From Sedimentisphaerales bacterium (GTDB lineage Bacteria; Planctomycetota; Phycisphaerae; Sedimentisphaerales; Anaerobacaceae), in the NCBI GenBank assembly GCA_040772485.1, contig JAXGYC010000008.1:512001-576000 (forward strand): a DNA stretch of 64,000 bases, read 5' to 3'. The notes beneath the pieces are model-generated. The model was not told the DNA's origin. It did not search any database and saw nothing but the letters and a program-made list of their open reading frames with translations. Positions 59,476-64,000 of this stretch are shown one piece after another. A program made the translations under genes and the position numbers. The number at the start of each line of letters is the position of its first letter. The stretch's first letter is position 1.

Positions 59476-60882
59476 TTATCCCTGCTTCGGCGGGTAGAAC
59501 GTCTCGCGGTGGCGGTCGGCGTATCCTTTCATCCTCGCGGCGACGTCGGGGTGCTTGTCGAGCACGTTGGCGGTCTCGTGCGGATCGAGCTCCATATCGA
59601 ACAGGGACAGGCCGATGTCCTCCTGGCGGTACTTGCCGGCGGCGCCGTCGCGGCCCGGCGTCACCAGGGTGCGATACTTGTGCGGCAGGTGTATTTTCCA
59701 GCGACCGTCTCCGCTGATGACGCCTTCAAAGGTCTCGCCCGTCGAGAACGGATAATAGTCATGCGGGTTCATCGCCCCGGGCTTGCCGGCGATCAGGTCC
59801 CAGACGTTCCTGCCGTCGACGGGATTGGCGGGCAGTTCGGCTCCGGCCAGATGCGCCACCGTCGGCAGGATGTCGATCGAGCAGAAGGCCTTCTTCGAGA
59901 CCGAGCCTGCCTCGATCTGACCGGGGAACTTCATGATGCACGCGCTGCGTGTGCCGCCGTCGAAGCTGGTGCCTTTAGCCTCGCGGAAGGGCGTCTTGCC
60001 GGCGTGGTTGCCGTATGAGATCCACGGCCCGTTGTCCGAGGTGAAGATCACGAGCGTGTTGTCTTCGAGTCCGTTGGCCTTGAGCGCCTGTGTGATCTGT
60101 CCGACCGACCAGTCGATCTCCATCATCACGTCGCCGTAGAGGCCCACGCCGGACTTGCCTTTGAACTTGTCGCTGCAGAACAGCGGCACGTGCGGCATCG
60201 AGTGCGGGACGTATAGCAGGAACGGCTCGCCCTTGTGACGGCCGATGAAGTCCACCGCGTGCTCGGTGTACCACGTCGTGAGCATCGGCTGATGCACCTT
60301 CGTGACGCGATCGATCGTGACCTTGCCGTTCTCCCAGAATTGCAGGGGATGCCGGCCCCAGTAGTCCGGGTTCTCCGGGTGGAATTCCCACATGTCGTTG
60401 GAGTACATCAGCCCGCACGACTCGTCGAATCCCCTGGCCGGCGGGCGCGTCTCGGGCTGGTCGCCGATGTGCCACTTGCCGAAAACGGCGGTCGCATAAC
60501 CGCGCCTCTTGAGCACCTCGCCCAGCGTGGCGAATCTCGGATCGAGCCCTCTCGCCCCCGGCCCGTGCGCCCCGAAGACCTTGGTCCGTCCCGGATAGCA
60601 GCCGGATAGCAGCGCCGCCCGCGAGGCCGAGCACACCGCCTGGGGCACGTAGAAATTCCGATAGCAGCAACCCTCTTTCGCCAACCGCTCGACGCTGGGC
60701 GTCGGATAGTCCTGCGCGGCAAACGGCCTGAAATCCGCCCATCCCGAATCGTCGAGGAAAACAATGACGAAATTCGGCGACCGACTCTGCCCCTGCCCCC
60801 GGCCAAACCTGGGCCACCCCATCGTCGCGGCGGACAGCGCCGCCGCCTTCAAGAACGTTCGTCGTGTGTGCATCGTCGGCAT
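59476..60882 (-). CDS. Tat-exported Cys-type (formylglycine) sulfatase
   Basis: TRRTFLK; PNFVIVFLDD, CSASRAALLSG, GKWHIG, PHVP, TSDNG, DPHET. Confidence 0.93.
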   Translation of the reverse strand: MPTMHTRRTFLKAAALSAATMGWPRFGRGQGQSRSPNFVIVFLDDSGWADFRPFAAQDYPTPSVERLAKEGCCYRNFYVPQAVCSASRAALLSGCYPGRTKVFGAHGPGARGLDPRFATLGEVLKRRGYATAVFGKWHIGDQPETRPPARGFDESCGLMYSNDMWEFHPENPDYWGRHPLQFWENGKVTIDRVTKVHQPMLTTWYTEHAVDFIGRHKGEPFLLYVPHSMPHVPLFCSDKFKGKSGVGLYGDVMMEIDWSVGQITQALKANGLEDNTLVIFTSDNGPWISYGNHAGKTPFREAKGTSFDGGTRSACIMKFPGQIEAGSVSKKAFCSIDILPTVAHLAGAELPANPVDGRNVWDLIAGKPGAMNPHDYYPFSTGETFEGVISGDGRWKIHLPHKYRTLVTPGRDGAAGKYRQEDIGLSLFDMELDPHETANVLDKHPDVAARMKGYADRHRETFYPPKQG

Positions 60883-61138
60883 CTGTCGTATCTCCTCTTG
60901 CTTCATTGGACGCTGCGAGGGTGTTTCGCCGAGTTGATTATGCCCGACGAGCCAAGCCATTTCAAGTCCTGACCGCGGTCGCCTTCGTGACTGGTCTTGG
61001 ACGCGGGGCCTTATACATGAGAAGGAGGTCCGAGACGCCGATCCGGCGCCGCGTGCTTGCTTCGGACGTGCGAGGCGATAGAATGGTGCGCGACACAACG
61101 ATGCAGTCGAATGAAACTGGAAAGAAAGGCGGGGCGTA

Positions 61139-63370
61139 ATGATGCGGACAACACGTGGGAATCGAGGCCGCAGGTTGGGCAGGCTGTTGCCCGCAGTGAT
61201 GGCGCTGTCGGTCCTTCTGGTCGCTGCCGGATGCGCGCATCAGAAAGCGTACAAGAAGGGCGCCCGGCTCTCGCAGGAGGGCCAGTACGAGAAGGCCGTC
61301 GAGGAGCTGGAAGAGGCGGTCGCCCTGGCGGAGAAGGGCAACAACAACAAAGCCGCCGATCGCTATCGCGAGAAGCTCGAACAGACCAAGCAGCAAGCGG
61401 GCCAGTTCTACTATCGCGAGGCGGAGCTCTGCTTCGGGCAGGCCGACCTGGCGGGCGCGCAGAAGTTCATCGAACGCTGCGTCCGCTATTGTCCGGCCGA
61501 GCCGTTGTATCGCTCGATGAGCCAGCGCATCGCCGGCGCGGCCGCCGACGCCGAACGGATGCGCGGCGAAGCGCTGGCGCTGGCCGAGCAGGGACAGTGG
61601 AGCGCTGCCCTCGGGCGAATGACCGAGGCGTTGCGCCTCAATCGGACGATGCCCGGCGGGCAGGGCGACCTCAAGCAGATTCAGGAGCGGGCGTATCAGT
61701 ACTACCTGGCGCGGGCCAAAGACCGCCTGTATGCGAACGACCTGGAGGCAGCGGTCACCGAGGCCCAGACGGCGCTGAACTACCGCGGCGACGGGCGCGA
61801 GGCGAAAGACATCCTGCAGACCGTGCAGAACCGGCGCGAGGCGACGGGGCTGGTCGCGCGCGGGCAAACGCTCCTGGCACAGGGCGACTGCGAAGAGGCG
61901 CTGCGCGTTCTGGAGCAGGCGCAGCAATTGTACCCGCTCCATCCCCAGCTTCCCGGTCTGCTGGAGCAGGCCAGGCAGGCGGTGTGCGACCGCTGGATCG
62001 GGCAGGGCCGCCAAGCCATGGCCGGTGGCGACTGCGCCACAGCGTTGCGGCTGTTTCTGAAGAGCCAGGACCTGCTCGGCGGCTACGGCGGTGCGGCGAC
62101 TCTTGCGGCTGAAGCGCGAGCGACCTTGGCCCAGCAACATGTGCAGGCCTCCCAGCAATGTGCGCGCGACGGCGCCGACGGCTGCGGCCTGTTTCATGCG
62201 GTCGTGGCGTTAGGGTACGAGCCTGACAACTTCGATGCCCGGCGCCAGCTCAGCCAGTGCGCCGGCCAGGTGCAGCAGGCAGTGCGTTATACGGTGGGAT
62301 TCGTCGGCTTCCGCGCGACGCCGCCGCAACAGGCGATTGCCGATACGCTCGCATCGATCTCGCTGGAGCACCTGACGCACGCGCGTCCGGCCAACATGAT
62401 GCTGGTGGAACGAGGCGACCTTCAGACCATTCTCGATGAGCAGCAGCTCAGCGCCACCGACCTGATCGATCCGCAGTTCCGCGTGCCCGCTGGCAAGCTG
62501 CACGGGGTCGATGCACTGCTCGTCGGCCAGGTGCTCGAAGGCAACGTGACGAGCCAGACCAAACAGACCGGCCAGGGCGAATCGACTTACCAGGATGGGT
62601 TCGTGTCCCAGCCCAATCCGGAGTATGGCGAGGCCGTCAAGACCCTCGACCACGCGCAGAGAGAACTCGACAGGGCGCGGCAAAGGCTGGCGGAGGCCGA
62701 AGCGAGATTGGCGCGGTACGACCACGCCGACCCGCACGATGCCGGCGCACAGGCGGCCAAACGCAGGGCCCGCGCCGAGGTGGATGAGGCCAAGCAGCGA
62801 TTGGTGAATGCGGCGACGGACTTCGGCGCCGCCCAGATGCTCGCGGCGACGACGCCGAGGGAGGTGCTCGTGCCGCACATGGTCACGTTCCAGTACCCGA
62901 TCCAGACGGCGACCTGGACGGCCAAGGTCGGCTGCATGCTCAAGATGCTCGACACCGCAACGGGCGAGGTGCTGCTGGCCGAGCGCGTCGAGGGCCAGCA
63001 CGCCCAGTCGGATCAGTTCGTTTCGCCTGATGCGGCGCACAACGTGCCGGAAGACCCGCTGGTTCTACCCGACGAGGCGCGGCTCCTCGAAGCCGCGGCC
63101 AATGCGGCGGTCGGCAAGCTCAAGAAGGCTCTGGAGACGGCATGCGGCAAACACGGCCAGCGATTCGCTTTGCAAGCCCAGCGGGCCGAGGCCGCCGGTG
63201 ACAGCACCGGCGCCGTCGACGCTTCGATCAAGTACCTGTTCGCCTACCCGAAGAGCAATTCCGACACCGAGAAGCGGGTGACCGCCCTGCGCGGCTATCT
63301 CGGCTCCGAGGCCGGCCTGGTGGACATCCGCGAGCTGCTCCGGACCCACTGCCAAGTGCTTCGCAACTGA
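61139..63370 (+). CDS. TPR-repeat lipoprotein with a CsgG/TolB-N-like domain
   Basis: Lipobox VAAGC; TPR-like helices; LVERGDLQTILDEQQLS...GKLHGVDALLVGQV. Confidence 0.75.
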   Translation: MMRTTRGNRGRRLGRLLPAVMALSVLLVAAGCAHQKAYKKGARLSQEGQYEKAVEELEEAVALAEKGNNNKAADRYREKLEQTKQQAGQFYYREAELCFGQADLAGAQKFIERCVRYCPAEPLYRSMSQRIAGAAADAERMRGEALALAEQGQWSAALGRMTEALRLNRTMPGGQGDLKQIQERAYQYYLARAKDRLYANDLEAAVTEAQTALNYRGDGREAKDILQTVQNRREATGLVARGQTLLAQGDCEEALRVLEQAQQLYPLHPQLPGLLEQARQAVCDRWIGQGRQAMAGGDCATALRLFLKSQDLLGGYGGAATLAAEARATLAQQHVQASQQCARDGADGCGLFHAVVALGYEPDNFDARRQLSQCAGQVQQAVRYTVGFVGFRATPPQQAIADTLASISLEHLTHARPANMMLVERGDLQTILDEQQLSATDLIDPQFRVPAGKLHGVDALLVGQVLEGNVTSQTKQTGQGESTYQDGFVSQPNPEYGEAVKTLDHAQRELDRARQRLAEAEARLARYDHADPHDAGAQAAKRRARAEVDEAKQRLVNAATDFGAAQMLAATTPREVLVPHMVTFQYPIQTATWTAKVGCMLKMLDTATGEVLLAERVEGQHAQSDQFVSPDAAHNVPEDPLVLPDEARLLEAAANAAVGKLKKALETACGKHGQRFALQAQRAEAAGDSTGAVDASIKYLFAYPKSNSDTEKRVTALRGYLGSEAGLVDIRELLRTHCQVLRN

Positions 63371-63376
63371 CCGGCG

Positions 63377-64000
63377 CTATGGTTCATCGGTCCAGATGGC
63401 TTTGATGGTTTCTTCCTGGCCGAAGCCGGTCGGCACCGCGTCGCTCGGCGTGTTGGCCCAGTACCAGTGTACGTCGTCGACAGGCGCCGCGAGCGTACGA
63501 CTGCCGGGCATTTGAAGGTAGCCGTTGCGGTCGTGCCGGCAGATCCAGTCCCAGGCATAGCGAAGCCACTGGTTGCGGTATTCGGGACTCTGGTGGGCGA
63601 ACCAGCAGATTTCGTCGTAGCCCCAGATCCAATGGTCGCCGATGTTCTGCCCTTCCCGTCCGCTGCGTCCGAAGTTGTCCAGCTCGACCAGATAGGGCAG
63701 GCTCTCGCACGACCATCCGCTCGGCGTCACGCCGCCTTTGCTGCGGCCGAAAAGGCTGTCGAGATAACCAACCTTCAGGACACCCTCTTCCGGCCGTTCA
63801 ACGACCTCGTCGATCCGCAGCGGGAACGAGTGCACGTCGAACATCAGCTCGCCCTCGTGAACGATGCCTCCGCCGGGCACGTGGGCGTCGCAGATGACCA
63901 TGTGCCGCCGGGCGTGCCGGCGGGCGTACTGCCGGACGCGGCGCATCATATCACGCCAGTGGACGTGGTCCCGATCGCGGTCGTCCATGATCTCGACTTG
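63377..64000 (-). CDS. Conserved hypothetical protein, C-terminal part (start outside window)
   Basis: Frame open to the edge; FDVHSFPLR, LPYLVELDNFG, WGYDEICWF, GYLQMPG. Confidence 0.75.
   Translation of the reverse strand, partial: QVEIMDDRDRDHVHWRDMMRRVRQYARRHARRHMVICDAHVPGGGIVHEGELMFDVHSFPLRIDEVVERPEEGVLKVGYLDSLFGRSKGGVTPSGWSCESLPYLVELDNFGRSGREGQNIGDHWIWGYDEICWFAHQSPEYRNQWLRYAWDWICRHDRNGYLQMPGSRTLAAPVDDVHWYWANTPSDAVPTGFGQEETIKAIWTDEP

Overview
GC-rich (roughly 65% by eye) bacterial chromosome segment. Gene content suggests an anaerobic, polysaccharide-degrading Planctomycetota (Phycisphaerae/Sedimentisphaerales-like) organism; the taxonomy is inference. The region is probably near the origin: two canonical parS sites lie before an orphan parB, and yidC-mnmE is present. 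Housekeeping genes include cysK, topA, rsmB-fmt-def-lptB, dnaK, groES-groEL, a divergent second groES, trxA-trxB, thrC, tRNA-Leu(TAA) and a Re-citrate synthase. There is also a methanogen-type DUF39/NIL-ferredoxin/UPF0280 sulfide-assimilation trio, and many exported hydrolases. Non-coding features: (1) an integrase-less integron-like cassette array between mnmE and dnaK, bracketed by an inverted pair of REP-like elements; (2) several families of dispersed palindromic repeats, one copy inserted in frame inside mnmE; (3) matching sigma54 promoters plus a TGCCA-N3-TGGCA palindrome before dnaK and groESL; (4) an MRN leader peptide before an ABC-F ATPase; (5) a GGA-rich ~800-nt region before an amyloid-like secreted protein; (6) a diverged duplicate of the thrC 3' end; (7) a candidate structured RNA before topA. 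All calls are by eye; no database searches were run.
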